64,000 bases of DNA, from NCBI GenBank assembly GCA_039630235.1, contig JBCNVI010000001.1, positions 363,059 to 427,058 on the forward strand. The letters are read 5' to 3'. The position numbers were made by a program, and so were the translations under genes. Shown one piece after another: positions 49,351 to 60,008 of this stretch. This stretch comes from Candidatus Hydrothermales bacterium (GTDB taxonomy: Bacteria; Hydrothermota; Hydrothermia; Hydrothermales; JAJRUZ01). Positions within the stretch are counted from its first letter, which is position 1, and each line of letters opens with the position of its first letter. The notes below the pieces were generated by a model. It saw only the letters and a list, made by a program, of their open reading frames with translations, was not told the origin of the DNA and did not search any database.

Positions 49351-50560
49351 TCATTTAAGGATATTAACACTTGTCTTGGCGGGGGGTAAGGGGGAGAGGT
49401 TATATCCCTTGACAAAATTTAGGTCAAAACCAGCAGTTCCATTTGGTGGTAAATACAGGATCATTGATTTTGTTTTGTCAAATCTTACAAATTCAGGCTT
49501 TTTATCAATTTATGTTCTTACTCAATATAAGGCACAAAGCTTAACAGAGCATATTGAACAGGGTTGGCAACTTGGAAGTGCACTAAGAAGAAGAAACTTT
49601 TTTATTACCATTGCACCTGCCCAAATGTGGCTAGGCGAGGAATGGTACAAGGGAACCGCAGATGCAGTCTTCCAAAATTTACACCTTCTATCTAATTATG
49701 ATCCCGATATAGTTTTAGTCTTTGCATCAGACCACGTTTACAAAATGGATGTTTCACAGATGCTTCAATTTCACCTTGAGAAAGACTCAGATTTCACAAT
49801 CTCGGGCATTCCAATTACTGACCAGGATCCATCACGTTATGGAGTAATATGTGCTGATGAAGATGGTAGAGTATGTGGATTTTGGGAAAAGCCCAAATCT
49901 CTTCCAGAAACGCCTAAAAATAAAAAACTATTCATATCTATGGGAAATTACATCTTTAAGAGAGAGTTTCTTGAAGAAATTCTTATAGAAGATTCAAAAG
50001 ATGAGAGTAGCTCTCATGACTTTGGAAAAGATATTTTACCGAAAGTCTATAAAAATTCAAGGGTTTACGTTTATGATTTTTACACTAACAAAATAAGGGG
50101 GGAAAAAAGGCCGTATTGGAAAGATGTGGGAACAATAAGGGAGTACTTTGAAGCAAACATGGATATATTAAAGAATCCTCCTCTTTTAAACTTATGGAAT
50201 CCCTACTGGACAATTGGAACAGTAAGTTTCAAGGATCCACCCTGTTTTATTGAAGAAGGAGCTATAGTTCATAACTCTATAATCTCAGAGGGAACAAGAG
50301 TTGAAAGAGGCGCAAAAATTAAAAACTCAATAATAGGAAGAAATTGCATCATCGGTCAAGACGCCATAATCGAAGATTCAATAATACACTACGGAGTTAA
50401 AATAAAAGAAAAAGCGAAAGTTATAAGATGTATTATTGATAAATTTGTTGTAGTAGAGAAAAATGTTAATGTAAGGGAGAGATGGGAAGAAGGCTATCAT
50501 CTTGTAGATGATATTCTAATTTTACCTTCACCTCCTCCTACCCTCAGAATTAAAAAGTAG
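49337..50560 (+). CDS. glgC: Glucose-1-phosphate adenylyltransferase
   Basis: 407 aa. LAGGKGERLYPLTKFRSKPAVPFGGKYRIIDF is the GlgC signature, followed by a C-terminal left-handed beta-helix. Confidence 0.85.
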   Translation: MRNYNHLRILTLVLAGGKGERLYPLTKFRSKPAVPFGGKYRIIDFVLSNLTNSGFLSIYVLTQYKAQSLTEHIEQGWQLGSALRRRNFFITIAPAQMWLGEEWYKGTADAVFQNLHLLSNYDPDIVLVFASDHVYKMDVSQMLQFHLEKDSDFTISGIPITDQDPSRYGVICADEDGRVCGFWEKPKSLPETPKNKKLFISMGNYIFKREFLEEILIEDSKDESSSHDFGKDILPKVYKNSRVYVYDFYTNKIRGEKRPYWKDVGTIREYFEANMDILKNPPLLNLWNPYWTIGTVSFKDPPCFIEEGAIVHNSIISEGTRVERGAKIKNSIIGRNCIIGQDAIIEDSIIHYGVKIKEKAKVIRCIIDKFVVVEKNVNVRERWEEGYHLVDDILILPSPPPTLRIKK

Positions 50561-50580
50561 TCCCTGTCCGACCACTTGTT

Positions 50581-50608
50581 GGTTAAGCTTTTACTAGTAA
50601 CCTTTTAT
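50581..50608 (+). terminator. Weak candidate terminator after glgC
   Basis: GGTTA...TAACC stem with a 12-nt loop, followed by TTTTATTC. Lies between convergent glgC and atpA. Confidence 0.2.
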
Positions 50609-50651
50609 TCTTTGTTTAAATTCCTCTTTGGTTCCAGCTCCCTCTATGTAG

Positions 50652-52409
50652 TTAGGCTTTTACCTCTTCTTTTGAAACAATCTCTTCTATTTCTTTCTCA
50701 AGTATTTCTTTTTCTTTTTTAAATTCTTCAAGAGTTTTTTCCTTTAGTCTTACTATTCTATCTATTAACTGGGGATCAAGAACTCTCTCAATTTCAACTC
50801 CCTCTTTCAAAGCCTTTTCGCCAAAAATGAAAAATTTTTCAATAACCTTCATCATACCGTACTGTTTTTCAAGGGGACATGTAAAATCTACTTCATCAAA
50901 AGCACTCTGTTGGAGAAAACCGTCCCTGATTAATCTTCCAACCTCTAATAGTAATCTTTCATGGTCATCAAGAGCATCAGGGCCTACAAGTTGTACGATT
51001 TCCTCAAGTTCAGCATTCTTTTGGAGCATTTCACTTGCCCATTTCCTTAATTCTGGAAAGTCTTTTGCCACATTTTCTCTATACCACTTTTCCATTAACT
51101 CAAAATAAAGAGTATAGGATTTTAGCCAGTTTATCGCTGGATAATGTCTCCTATAAGCAAGGCTTGTGTCAAGTGCCCATAAGGCACCTACCACCCTCAA
51201 GGTACTTTGAGTTACAGGTTCTGAGAAATCACCTCCTGGTGGAGAAACTGCTCCCACTGCTGTAACTGAGCCCTCAAGATTTTCACCTGCAAGTGGAACT
51301 ACTCTTCCTGTTCTTTCATAAAAAGCTGCGAGTCTTGCAGCAAGATAAGGTGGATAACCTTCTTCACCTGGCATTTCTTCAAGTCTTGAAGAGATCTCTC
51401 TTAAAGCCTCAGCCCATCTTGAGGTAGAATCTGCAAGTAACAAGACGTTATAGCCCATATCCCGATAATACTCTGCAAGTGTAATTCCGACGTATATAGA
51501 AGCTTCTCTTGCAGCTACTGGCATATTAGAGGTGTTTACAACAAGAATAGTTCTATCCATGAGAGGAGCCCCCTTGTGGAAGGGATCTTCAAGGTGTGGA
51601 AACTCTACTAAGACTTCAGTCATTTCGTTACCTCTTTCACCGCATCCCACATATATAACAACTTCAACAAGGGAGCATTTTGCGAGTGTTTGCTCAGTAA
51701 CAGTTTTACCAGTACCAAAACCACCAGGTATTGCAGCATTTCCTCCAAGAGAAATAGGGAAGAAGAAATCTAAAACCCTCTGACCTGTTATAAGAGGTTT
51801 TTCAGGACCGAGTCTTTTCCTAAAAGGTCTTGGTACTCTTACAGGCCACTTATGATAGAGTTTAAGTTCAGTGTTATCTTCAAGAATACATATGACATCT
51901 TCAACTGTAAATGAACCCTTTCTTATTTCTTTGATTCTACTTTGTTTTACGTAGGGAGGTACAAGTATCTTATGTTTAATACTTTGGGTTTCTTGAACTT
52001 CCCCAATTATCCTCCCAGGCCAAACCTCATCCCCCCTTTTAAGTAAAGGTTCAAAGTCCCACTTTTTTTCCCTATTAAGTGCGAAGGTTTTAACACCTCT
52101 TCTGATGAAATCCCCTACGCTATCTCTTATGTTCTGGAGGGGTCTTTGTATACCATCAAAGGCTATCCCCAAAAGTCCTGGTCCAAGTTCTACAGATAGT
52201 GATTCAAAGGTTCTTTCTACAGGTTCACCTACGAAAAGTCCCGAGGTATCTTCATAAACCTGAATATATGCTAAGTCTTCGTTGAGTCTTATGATTTCCC
52301 CCACGAGTCCCTCCTTGCCAACTAAGACTATTTCATTCATCTTAGCTCCACGCATATTTTTTGCAACAACAAGTGAACCTGCAATCCTTGTAATAACAGG
52401 TTTTTCCAT
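50652..52409 (-). CDS. atpA: V/A-type ATPase catalytic subunit A homologue (orphan)
   Basis: 585 aa with the P-loop GGFGTGKTV, the non-homologous bulge region typical of A subunits, and the C-terminus [33 protein letters not shown]. Confidence 0.8.
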   Translation of the reverse strand: MEKPVITRIAGSLVVAKNMRGAKMNEIVLVGKEGLVGEIIRLNEDLAYIQVYEDTSGLFVGEPVERTFESLSVELGPGLLGIAFDGIQRPLQNIRDSVGDFIRRGVKTFALNREKKWDFEPLLKRGDEVWPGRIIGEVQETQSIKHKILVPPYVKQSRIKEIRKGSFTVEDVICILEDNTELKLYHKWPVRVPRPFRKRLGPEKPLITGQRVLDFFFPISLGGNAAIPGGFGTGKTVTEQTLAKCSLVEVVIYVGCGERGNEMTEVLVEFPHLEDPFHKGAPLMDRTILVVNTSNMPVAAREASIYVGITLAEYYRDMGYNVLLLADSTSRWAEALREISSRLEEMPGEEGYPPYLAARLAAFYERTGRVVPLAGENLEGSVTAVGAVSPPGGDFSEPVTQSTLRVVGALWALDTSLAYRRHYPAINWLKSYTLYFELMEKWYRENVAKDFPELRKWASEMLQKNAELEEIVQLVGPDALDDHERLLLEVGRLIRDGFLQQSAFDEVDFTCPLEKQYGMMKVIEKFFIFGEKALKEGVEIERVLDPQLIDRIVRLKEKTLEEFKKEKEILEKEIEEIVSKEEVKA

Positions 52410-52463
52410 CTCTCCCTCCTTTAAAGTATCTATTTTAAGTTTTTTAAAACAAACTTTTCAAAA

Positions 52464-53819
52464 TTATTCTCTTGTATTAAGTCTATCACTTTTTGATTTC
52501 TTTGTGTCTTCGATATAAAATAGGTGAGGTAAAAGTTTCCTCTCCCAAGCTTCTTTTGTGAGCATCTCTCTAAATTTTGGGTGAGCTATTTCTATTAAGG
52601 CTTTAGCTCTTTCCCTAATTGATTTACCCCAAAGTTCAGCTACACCGTACTCTGTAACTACGTATCTCACGTCAGCTCTTGTGGTAACAACTCCTGCTCC
52701 ATCTTTTAACTTAGAAACAATCTTTGAGACTGTTTCGTTTTTTGCTGTAGAGGGTATTGCTATTATTGGTTTTCCGTTTTTACTCCAGCCTGCTCCCCTT
52801 ATAAAGTCTACTTGACCACCAAAACCTGAATAAATATATGTTCCAATTGAATCAGAGCAAACTTGTCCTGTTAAATCAACTTCAATAGCAGAATTAACAG
52901 CTACCATGTTGTCATTCCTTGAAATTATAAAGGGATGATTAACATAGTCACAGGGGTGAAGTTCAAAAATTGGGTTGTTATGAGAAAAGTTATAAAGCTC
53001 TTCTGAACCTAAAATAAAGGTACCTATTACCTTACCTGGATGAAGTGTTTTTCTTGAACCAGTTATTGTTCCATCAATTATTCTTTCCATTATTCCATCT
53101 GATATCATCTCAGTGTGGATTCCAAGGTCTTTTTTTCCTTTTATAAACTTTAGGATCGCATTGGGTATTCCACCTATTCCAACCTGTAAAGTTGATCCGT
53201 CATCAATTAGATCAACGACAAACTTGGCTATTTTTTCTTCAACTTCGGTAGGTGTTATTTTCTCAACAGTAAAGAGAGGTTCGTCAACTTCGCAGAGTGC
53301 GGTAATTTGAGAGATATGAACAAAGCAATCTCCTAAGGTTCTTGGCATTCTCCTATTTACCTGTGCAAGGATAATCTTTGCACTCTGAATTGCTGCCTTT
53401 GTAGCTATAACTTCAACTCCTAAGCTTAAAAACCCGTGTTCATCTGGAGGTGAGGTGTGAATTATTGCAACATTAATTTTTATCTTTCCCTCTCTTATCA
53501 TAATTGGAATTTCGTGCAGGTGACATGGAATATATTCGGCGTTTCCTTCATTTACTGCCTCTCTGTCAGCAGGCCCAACAAAGAGAGCTTTATGTATAAA
53601 ATTCTTATAGGTTCCGAACTTTTTAAAGTAATCTTCTCCAATCTGTAAAAGGTGATAGAGTTTAACATTTTCAAGATCTTTCCTTGCCGCAAGGTGTTCT
53701 AAGAAGTACCTTGGAGTGGCAGCATTTCCAGAAATAAACAAAGAATCTCCTGACTTAACATAAGAAATAAGCTCCTCTATGGGCCTTTTCTTCTCGTGAT
53801 ATAGTTTTAAAAAGCTCAT
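52464..53819 (-). CDS. Acetyl-CoA hydrolase/transferase-family protein (4-hydroxybutyrate CoA-transferase-like)
   Basis: 451 aa with an N- and C-terminal AcetylCoA_hydro domain pattern. Confidence 0.7.
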   Translation of the reverse strand: MSFLKLYHEKKRPIEELISYVKSGDSLFISGNAATPRYFLEHLAARKDLENVKLYHLLQIGEDYFKKFGTYKNFIHKALFVGPADREAVNEGNAEYIPCHLHEIPIMIREGKIKINVAIIHTSPPDEHGFLSLGVEVIATKAAIQSAKIILAQVNRRMPRTLGDCFVHISQITALCEVDEPLFTVEKITPTEVEEKIAKFVVDLIDDGSTLQVGIGGIPNAILKFIKGKKDLGIHTEMISDGIMERIIDGTITGSRKTLHPGKVIGTFILGSEELYNFSHNNPIFELHPCDYVNHPFIISRNDNMVAVNSAIEVDLTGQVCSDSIGTYIYSGFGGQVDFIRGAGWSKNGKPIIAIPSTAKNETVSKIVSKLKDGAGVVTTRADVRYVVTEYGVAELWGKSIRERAKALIEIAHPKFREMLTKEAWERKLLPHLFYIEDTKKSKSDRLNTRE

Positions 53820-53834
53820 TTTTTTACTCCTCGA

Positions 53835-54944
53835 TCAGATTGTTGGATAACCTTCACTCCAAGGATGTTTTTTTGTAAATTTACCTTTAAAGGTATAACA
53901 ACCATTCCAAAGGGGTACACACTCTCTTATAACATCGATACCGTCTTTAACAATTCTTTTAAAGTAGGGAAGTAAAGCATTTGAAAGGGCGTGGGAAGCT
54001 GTTCTTGCAACAAAGGATGGTACATTCGGAACACAAAAATGGGTTATACCGAATTCTTTATAAACAAAGCTTTCTGTTGGAGTAAGCCTGGAAGTTTCAC
54101 AGGCTCCACCTTGATCAATAGAAAAATCTATGATAACTGAGCCATTTCTCATAGACTTAACCATCTCCCTTGTTACAATTATTGGTGCCCTTTCACCAGG
54201 AACAAGAACAGCTAAAATAAGAACGTTAGCAAACTTTACAAACTTATAAATATTCTCGTAGGTAGCAAGAGCAGTAACTACTTTGCCACCGAAAATTTCA
54301 TCTATTCTCTCAAGTTTTGATCTTGAAATATCAAGCATGTAGACTGAGGCTCCCAGTCCAAGGAAAGATCTTGCAGCATATGTACCAAGAGTCCCAGCCC
54401 CTATGATCACTACATCAGCTGGTGGAATACCAGGTATCCCTCCAAGCAATATCCCTAGTCCCCCTCTTTCACTTTCAAGAAGTCTTCCAGCAATTTGAGG
54501 AGCAAGTTTTCCTGCAATTTGACTTGATACTCTTAAAACGGGAAGAGTCTCGTCTTCTTCTTGTATTATTTCATAACCAATTGATGTTATTTTCTTTGAA
54601 ACAAAAGTTTCATATATCTCCTTTGGTCTTACGGCAAGATGAAGAAACCCAAAGATAACGTGGTTTTCTTTTAAAAGACGAAGCTCGTCTGTAGAGGGAG
54701 GATTTATTCCAGCAACTATATCTGTTCTCAAAAAAACTTCGTCCCTTGAGTAAACAATATTTACCCCTTTTTGCTTATATTCCTCATCAGAAAAACCTGC
54801 GCTTTCTCCAGCTCCGCTTTCAAGATATATTTCTGCCCCAAGTTCAATTAACTCCTTACATGCTGATGGTGAAAGAGAAACCCTTTTTTCAGGAATGCTG
54901 CTACCCTTTTGTGAAGATGGTATACCTATCTTAATTTTTTCCAA
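53835..54944 (-). CDS. Alanine dehydrogenase/PNT-family NAD-dependent dehydrogenase
   Basis: 369 aa with an AlaDh/PNT N-domain and Rossmann GxGxxG (VVIIGAGTLGTYAA). Confidence 0.6.
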   Translation of the reverse strand: MEKIKIGIPSSQKGSSIPEKRVSLSPSACKELIELGAEIYLESGAGESAGFSDEEYKQKGVNIVYSRDEVFLRTDIVAGINPPSTDELRLLKENHVIFGFLHLAVRPKEIYETFVSKKITSIGYEIIQEEDETLPVLRVSSQIAGKLAPQIAGRLLESERGGLGILLGGIPGIPPADVVIIGAGTLGTYAARSFLGLGASVYMLDISRSKLERIDEIFGGKVVTALATYENIYKFVKFANVLILAVLVPGERAPIIVTREMVKSMRNGSVIIDFSIDQGGACETSRLTPTESFVYKEFGITHFCVPNVPSFVARTASHALSNALLPYFKRIVKDGIDVIRECVPLWNGCYTFKGKFTKKHPWSEGYPTI

Positions 54945-54981
54945 ACTTTTTCCTCCCTTTCACTTTTAGGGGGTTAAACCC

Positions 54982-56316
54982 TTAAAAGACCATAAGTTCT
55001 CCCTTTGGATAGCTCCTCAAAGTTTTTCTTCTTGTAACAATTAAACTCCAAAAGGTAAAAACTCCAATTCTTCCAATAAACATAAGTATAATAATTATAA
55101 ACTTTGTTATAGGAGAAAAATCACAAGATAGACTTACATTCTCGAAATTTTTTGAACCCAAAGAAAGGCCGACAGTAGATAGAGCTGAGATAACTTCAAA
55201 AACAATCTCTATAAAAATAAATTTTTTTCCCTCGAGCAATAAAATGATAAAAAGGGAGAGACTAAAGACAAAAAAATAAAGTGTAAGAATAGAGGCAGAC
55301 TCAATTAGTAAAGAGTGTTCAATTCTTCTGTGAGATAATGAGACGTCTTCCTCACCTTTTAGAGTGCTTCTTAAAAAAGAAGCCCAAATTGCAAAGTTAG
55401 TTGTTTTTACACCACCAGCTGTACCTCCAGGAGAACCGCCTACAACCATCAAAAACATTATGGCAACTTGAGTAGGTAAAAGCAATACGCTTATGTCTAA
55501 GGCATTAAATCCAGCGGTTCTGGGAACTGAAACATGAAAAAAAGAGTGAACAATTTTAAGGAGCAAATTATAATCTTTAAGTGAGTTATTCCACTCTACT
55601 ATCAAAAAAATAATAGTAAAAAAAACAAGGAGAAAAATGGTAGTTTTTAAAACAACTTTTGAATGGTATGAAAGGGGAGTTCTTTTTCTTATAAAGTTAT
55701 AGAGGTCATCAAGTACGAAAAAGCCAAGCCCTCCAAGTATAAGGAGTATAGATATAGTTAAAAGATAAAGGGGGGAATCTTTGCATCTTGCGATATTTTC
55801 AGAATATGTAGAAAAACCAGCGTTACAAAAAGCTGAAATAGAATGGAAAAGACTATCAAAAATTTTTCCCTCTCCTCTACTCAGAGGCAAAAGAATTAAA
55901 AAACCTATAAATTCGATTATTAGAGTGTATATTAAAATTTTAAACACAAGATCTCTAACAGGGATGCCTTTTAAAAAGCTTTGTGTTCTTCTTGTTATTA
56001 CTCTCAAGGAGATGGGGACATCACCTCTTAAGACAAGAATAAAGTAAGAAACTATGGTCATGTAGCCGAGCCCGCCTATTTGAATAAGAAAGAGAATTAT
56101 CAATTTACCCCAAATAGTCCAAAAGGTCTCAGTATCTTTTACTATCAGACCTGTAACACATAAGGATGAGACCGAAGTAAAAAAGGCATCTATAAAAGTT
56201 AAATTTCCATTATGAGAAAAGGGCAAAAGAAGAATAAGTGAAAAAAACAAAGAAATAATTACATATCCTAATAGAATGAGTTGGTATGGTTTAAATTTTA
56301 AAAAATTACTCAACAA
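54982..56316 (-). CDS. TrkH/KtrB-family cation (K+) transporter
   Basis: 444-aa polytopic protein with repeated M1-P-M2-like segments containing Gly-rich selectivity-filter-like motifs (GLGYM, GGSPGGTAGG). Confidence 0.6.
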   Translation of the reverse strand: MLSNFLKFKPYQLILLGYVIISLFFSLILLLPFSHNGNLTFIDAFFTSVSSLCVTGLIVKDTETFWTIWGKLIILFLIQIGGLGYMTIVSYFILVLRGDVPISLRVITRRTQSFLKGIPVRDLVFKILIYTLIIEFIGFLILLPLSRGEGKIFDSLFHSISAFCNAGFSTYSENIARCKDSPLYLLTISILLILGGLGFFVLDDLYNFIRKRTPLSYHSKVVLKTTIFLLVFFTIIFLIVEWNNSLKDYNLLLKIVHSFFHVSVPRTAGFNALDISVLLLPTQVAIMFLMVVGGSPGGTAGGVKTTNFAIWASFLRSTLKGEEDVSLSHRRIEHSLLIESASILTLYFFVFSLSLFIILLLEGKKFIFIEIVFEVISALSTVGLSLGSKNFENVSLSCDFSPITKFIIIILMFIGRIGVFTFWSLIVTRRKTLRSYPKGELMVF

Positions 56317-56656
56317 ACTCTAAAAGGCCCTCCTCTGCGTTGTCACCTCTTCTAAATCCAAGTCTTATTAACCTTGTGTATCCACCTTTTCTATCCTTAA
56401 AATTTTTTGCAATTTCAAAGATCTTTTGTGATGCCTCTTTGTTATTTAAATACGAAAAAACAAGGCGTCTTGAACTCTGAGTATCCTCTTTAGCAATAGT
56501 TACCAATCTCTCAACGAACTTTTTTGTCTCTTTAAGTTTGGGAACTGTACTTTTTATCTTACCGTTTAGTATTAAACTAATTGCCTGATTTCTGAGTAAT
56601 GCTTTTCTATGTGATGAAGTTCTTCCGAGTTTTTTAACTTTCTTTAGGTGCCTCAT
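56306..56656 (-). CDS. rplQ: 50S ribosomal protein L17
   Basis: 116 aa. MRHLKKVKKLGRTSSHRKALLRN is the L17 N-terminal signature. Confidence 0.9.
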   Translation of the reverse strand: MRHLKKVKKLGRTSSHRKALLRNQAISLILNGKIKSTVPKLKETKKFVERLVTIAKEDTQSSRRLVFSYLNNKEASQKIFEIAKNFKDRKGGYTRLIRLGFRRGDNAEEGLLEFVE

Positions 56657-56665
56657 ATTTGCCCC

Positions 56666-57670
56666 CTAACCTTTAGATGTTTTTGGAAGTTCCATTCCAA
56701 GGTATAAATCAAATTTCCTTAATTTTTCCTCAATCTCTTCAATTGATTTTTTACCTAAATTTTTTATTTTTAAAAGATCATCACGTTTTAATGAAACAAG
56801 GTCATAAAGGGTCTTAATTCCAGCCTCTTCAAGCGCTTCAGTAACTCTCTTTGAAAGATCTAAAAAGGCTATATTTTCCTCTAATATATCAAGTACTCTC
56901 TTAGAAACTTCCTTTGGCTTTTTATCCTGTTGAATTTCTACTTTTGGAGTTAAAATCTTTTTTATACAGGAAAGGTGATTTATCATAATTGTGTGAGCCT
57001 CTACAAGTGCATCATAAGGGGAAACAGATCCGTCTGTTTCAATTTCAATAAGAAGTCTTTCAAAATCAGTTCTATAGTCAACTCTCATATTCTCAATTGA
57101 GAAATTTACAAATCTAACAGGAGAAAAATCAGCGTCTATAAAGAACGAATTATGAGGCAAAATAGGTTGAAATCCCTTATCTGATTTAATCAAATACTTA
57201 ATTTCTTCGACAGTAAGATAGCCTCTACCTGAGGTTACGAAAGCCTCAATAGCAATTTTTGAATCATCTGAAGAAAGCTCTGCTATATGCTGATCTGGAT
57301 TCATTATTTTAATCTCTGGTGGCAACCTAAAATCAGAAGCTTTAACTACACCTTTTCCCTGTTTTGAAAGAACCATTGACTTATAGGGCAAGTCACTTTC
57401 AAACTTTACTCTTACTTTTTTAAGATTTAAAACTATGTGAGGAACATCTTCAGTAACTCCCTCTATCGTACTAAACTCATGTAAGACACCGTCTATATGA
57501 ACTGCAAAAATTGCTGAACCTTTTATACTTGAAAGTAAAACTCTTCTTAAGGAATTGCCTAAAGTAATACCGTATCCTCTTTCTAAGGGAGAAATCTCAA
57601 AAAAACCTTTTCTTTCACTTAAATTTAAAATTTTTATTCCCTCTGGAACAGTGAGAGTCAGCCTATACAT
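56666..57670 (-). CDS. rpoA: DNA-directed RNA polymerase subunit alpha
   Basis: 334 aa with N-terminal dimerisation and C-terminal alphaCTD regions. Located between rpsD and rplQ as in the conserved alpha operon. Confidence 0.9.
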   Translation of the reverse strand: MYRLTLTVPEGIKILNLSERKGFFEISPLERGYGITLGNSLRRVLLSSIKGSAIFAVHIDGVLHEFSTIEGVTEDVPHIVLNLKKVRVKFESDLPYKSMVLSKQGKGVVKASDFRLPPEIKIMNPDQHIAELSSDDSKIAIEAFVTSGRGYLTVEEIKYLIKSDKGFQPILPHNSFFIDADFSPVRFVNFSIENMRVDYRTDFERLLIEIETDGSVSPYDALVEAHTIMINHLSCIKKILTPKVEIQQDKKPKEVSKRVLDILEENIAFLDLSKRVTEALEEAGIKTLYDLVSLKRDDLLKIKNLGKKSIEEIEEKLRKFDLYLGMELPKTSKG

Positions 57671-57701
57671 TTTCTAAATTAAGAGAAAAGGGATAGAACC
57701 T

Positions 57702-58334
57702 TTATTTTGAATAAAACTCAACGATAAGGTTTTCTTGAATCGGATAAGTTATATCCTTTCTTTGTGGTAATCTTAAAACCTTCCCCTCAAGTTTTTGTGG
57801 ATCAAAATAGAGCCACTCAGGCAAGGGACTTCTTTCTCTTCTCTGAAGTGCGTATTTTAAAAACGGATTTTCTTTAAATTTCTCTTTTACTGTAATAACA
57901 TCTCCTTCTCTAACAAGAAAAGAGGGTATGTCAACTTTTCTTCCGTTAACTAAAACTTTTCCATGAGATACAATTTGTCTTGCCTGTGATCTTGAGACTG
58001 CAAAGCCGAGTCTAAAAACTACGTTGTCAAGTCTTCTTTCAAGAATGGAAAGTAAATTCTCGCCTGTGTTTCCTGGCATTTTTCTTGCCATTTCAAAATA
58101 CCTCTTAAACTGTTCTTCTATAACACCGTATATTCTCTTTGCCTTTTGTTTTTCTCTTAACTGTAAGCCGTAGACTGATAGTCTTGGTTTTTTAACTGGT
58201 CCATGGATTCCAGGGGGATAAGGTCTTCTTTTAATTGCACACTTATCGGTAAAGCATCTTTCACCTTTTAAAAATAGCTGCATTCCTTCCCTTCTACATA
58301 ACCTACATCTTGGACCTCTTATTGCCTTTGCCAT
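57702..58334 (-). CDS. rpsD: 30S ribosomal protein S4
   Basis: 210 aa with the Zn-ribbon CRLCRREG...CFTDKC and an S4 domain. Confidence 0.9.
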   Translation of the reverse strand: MAKAIRGPRCRLCRREGMQLFLKGERCFTDKCAIKRRPYPPGIHGPVKKPRLSVYGLQLREKQKAKRIYGVIEEQFKRYFEMARKMPGNTGENLLSILERRLDNVVFRLGFAVSRSQARQIVSHGKVLVNGRKVDIPSFLVREGDVITVKEKFKENPFLKYALQRRERSPLPEWLYFDPQKLEGKVLRLPQRKDITYPIQENLIVEFYSK

Positions 58335-58335
58335 T

Positions 58336-58719
58336 TTATACCCTCCTTCTCTTTGGTGGTCTTGTTCCGTTATGTGGTATAGGTGTAACGTCTTTTATTG
58401 CCACAATTTTTAGTCCCTGTGAGTGAAGTGTTCTTAGGGCAGCTTCTCTTCCCTGGCCAGGTCCTTTTAGCCTTACTTCTACTTCTTGAATGCCGAACTC
58501 TTTAACCTTCTTTACGACTTCTTCGGCAGCCTTTGATGCGGCAAAGGGTGTTCCCTTTCTTGTGCCTTTAAAGCCTACTGATCCAGAGGATGCCCAGCAG
58601 AGGGTGTTGCCCTTTTCGTCGGTTACGGTGATTATAGTGTTATTAAAGGTTGATTGTATGTATACGATTGCGAAATTTAAAAATTTCTTTTCCTTCTTTT
58701 TTCTTCCTTTTTTTGCCAT
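58336..58719 (-). CDS. rpsK: 30S ribosomal protein S11
   Basis: 127 aa with the S11 signature ...[16 protein letters not shown]... Confidence 0.9.
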   Translation of the reverse strand: MAKKGRKKKEKKFLNFAIVYIQSTFNNTIITVTDEKGNTLCWASSGSVGFKGTRKGTPFAASKAAEEVVKKVKEFGIQEVEVRLKGPGQGREAALRTLHSQGLKIVAIKDVTPIPHNGTRPPKRRRV

Positions 58720-59096
58720 TATTTTTCCTTTTTCTTTATTCTTCTAAAGATGTTGCCTCTTGGGCCTTTTCTTGTTCTTGCGTTATGTCTTGTTCTTTGT
58801 CCACGTACGGGTAGTCCAAGTTTATGTCTTATGCCCCTGTAGCATCCGATGTCCATGAGTCTTTTTATGTTTCTTGCAACTTCCATTCTTAGAGCTCCTT
58901 CAACTTTTAGGCCTTCTATGGCGCTTTGGAGTTTACTTATTTCTTCAGGAGATAAGTCCCTAACTTTTTTGTTTGGGTCTACTCCTGTTTTTCTTAATAT
59001 TTCTTTTGAGTTAGATGGACCTATACCGTAAATATAAGTTAAGGCTACTTCTATTTTTTTATTTTTAGGTAAGTCTACACCTGCTATTCGTGCCAT
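58719..59096 (-). CDS. rpsM: 30S ribosomal protein S13
   Basis: 125 aa. [26 protein letters not shown] is the S13 N-terminus. Confidence 0.9.
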   Translation of the reverse strand: MARIAGVDLPKNKKIEVALTYIYGIGPSNSKEILRKTGVDPNKKVRDLSPEEISKLQSAIEGLKVEGALRMEVARNIKRLMDIGCYRGIRHKLGLPVRGQRTRHNARTRKGPRGNIFRRIKKKEK

Positions 59097-59098
59097 GA

Positions 59099-59212
59099 TT
59101 AACCTTGTCTTTGCTTATGTTTTGGGTTTTCACATATTACCATTACCCGCCTTTTTCGGCGGATTATTTTGCATTTTGCGCAAATTTTTTTTACAGAACT
59201 TCTCACTTTCAT
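59099..59212 (-). CDS. rpmJ: 50S ribosomal protein L36
   Basis: Not in the ORF track. The minus strand translates to [37 protein letters not shown] with the C-x2-C...C-x4-H zinc ribbon. It sits immediately upstream of rpsM. Confidence 0.85.
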   Translation of the reverse strand: MKVRSSVKKICAKCKIIRRKRRVMVICENPKHKQRQG

Positions 59213-59360
59213 AAGTGAAATTTATTAATTATAATAGAAAAAATTACAAAATTCAAGCAAATTAAAACTTTAAATACCAAATTTTCCCATTTTTAATCAA
59301 TAATTTGAAAGGCTTTCACTTTTTTTGTTATACCTGTAGGAGCGCAAAAAGGAAGGAGAT

Positions 59361-59891
59361 ATGAGACCTTTAACATTAATATTTATTTTTTCTTTTTTAT
59401 TTGTTTTTTTAAGATGTTCTGAGTGAAGGCAGAGGACTTCTGCTCAGATACAAAAAATTAAGCTGGATATAAAGATAAATGTAAATATTACTTCAACTCG
59501 GGAGGATGCTGATTTGTATGTGAATAATGTTTATAAGGCAAATACACCTACAGCTACCATTATGGTAAAAAGGCCTCAACCAAAAAAATGGGGTAAAACA
59601 TTCGGAGGTGGTAGAAATGATCATGGTTTCTCAATTATTCAGACAAAGGATGGTGGATATGTAGTAACTGGGTGTATTATAAGGGCTGGTATTGTTCATG
59701 AACCTAATGTATTAGTTTTAAGGTTAGATAAAGATTTTAATAAGTTATGGGAAAAAACTTTAACACTTTGAGATTATTCAGAGGGCTACTCAATTACAAT
59801 AGCAAAAGACGGAGTATATGTTTTAACTGGTTATCAAAAATCTCCAGGATATACCGGAAAAGATCTTATTGTTATAAAACTATATGACTAA
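59361..59891 (+). pseudogene. Remnant of an SBBP (beta-propeller repeat) lipoprotein gene with two in-frame TGA codons
   Basis: A single frame reads MRPLTLIFIFSFLFVFLRCSE-TGA-RQRT...KKWGKTFGGGRNDHGFSIIQTKDGGYVVTG...KLWEKTLTL-TGA-DYSEGYSITIAKDGVYVLTGY...IVIKLYD. The SBBP motif (GG..D.g.si..t.DGgyv.tG) appears twice. The second TGA aligns with a Gly of the first repeat. Only ~176 codons remain of a normally much longer protein. Confidence 0.55.
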
Positions 59892-60008
59892 TTAATATAT
59901 AAAGGAACTTTACAAAATCGCATTTGATGTATAATCCAATAACCAACTACTTCCTGAAATAATTGAAAAATACCCCTCTGTAAGGATAAAGATTGAAGAG
60001 TTAATTGA

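Noticed and set aside
51035-52518. Several 76-93-aa plus-strand ORFs inside atpA
   Set aside because: Antisense to a strongly conserved V-type ATPase A subunit, with Ser/Pro-rich artefactual composition.
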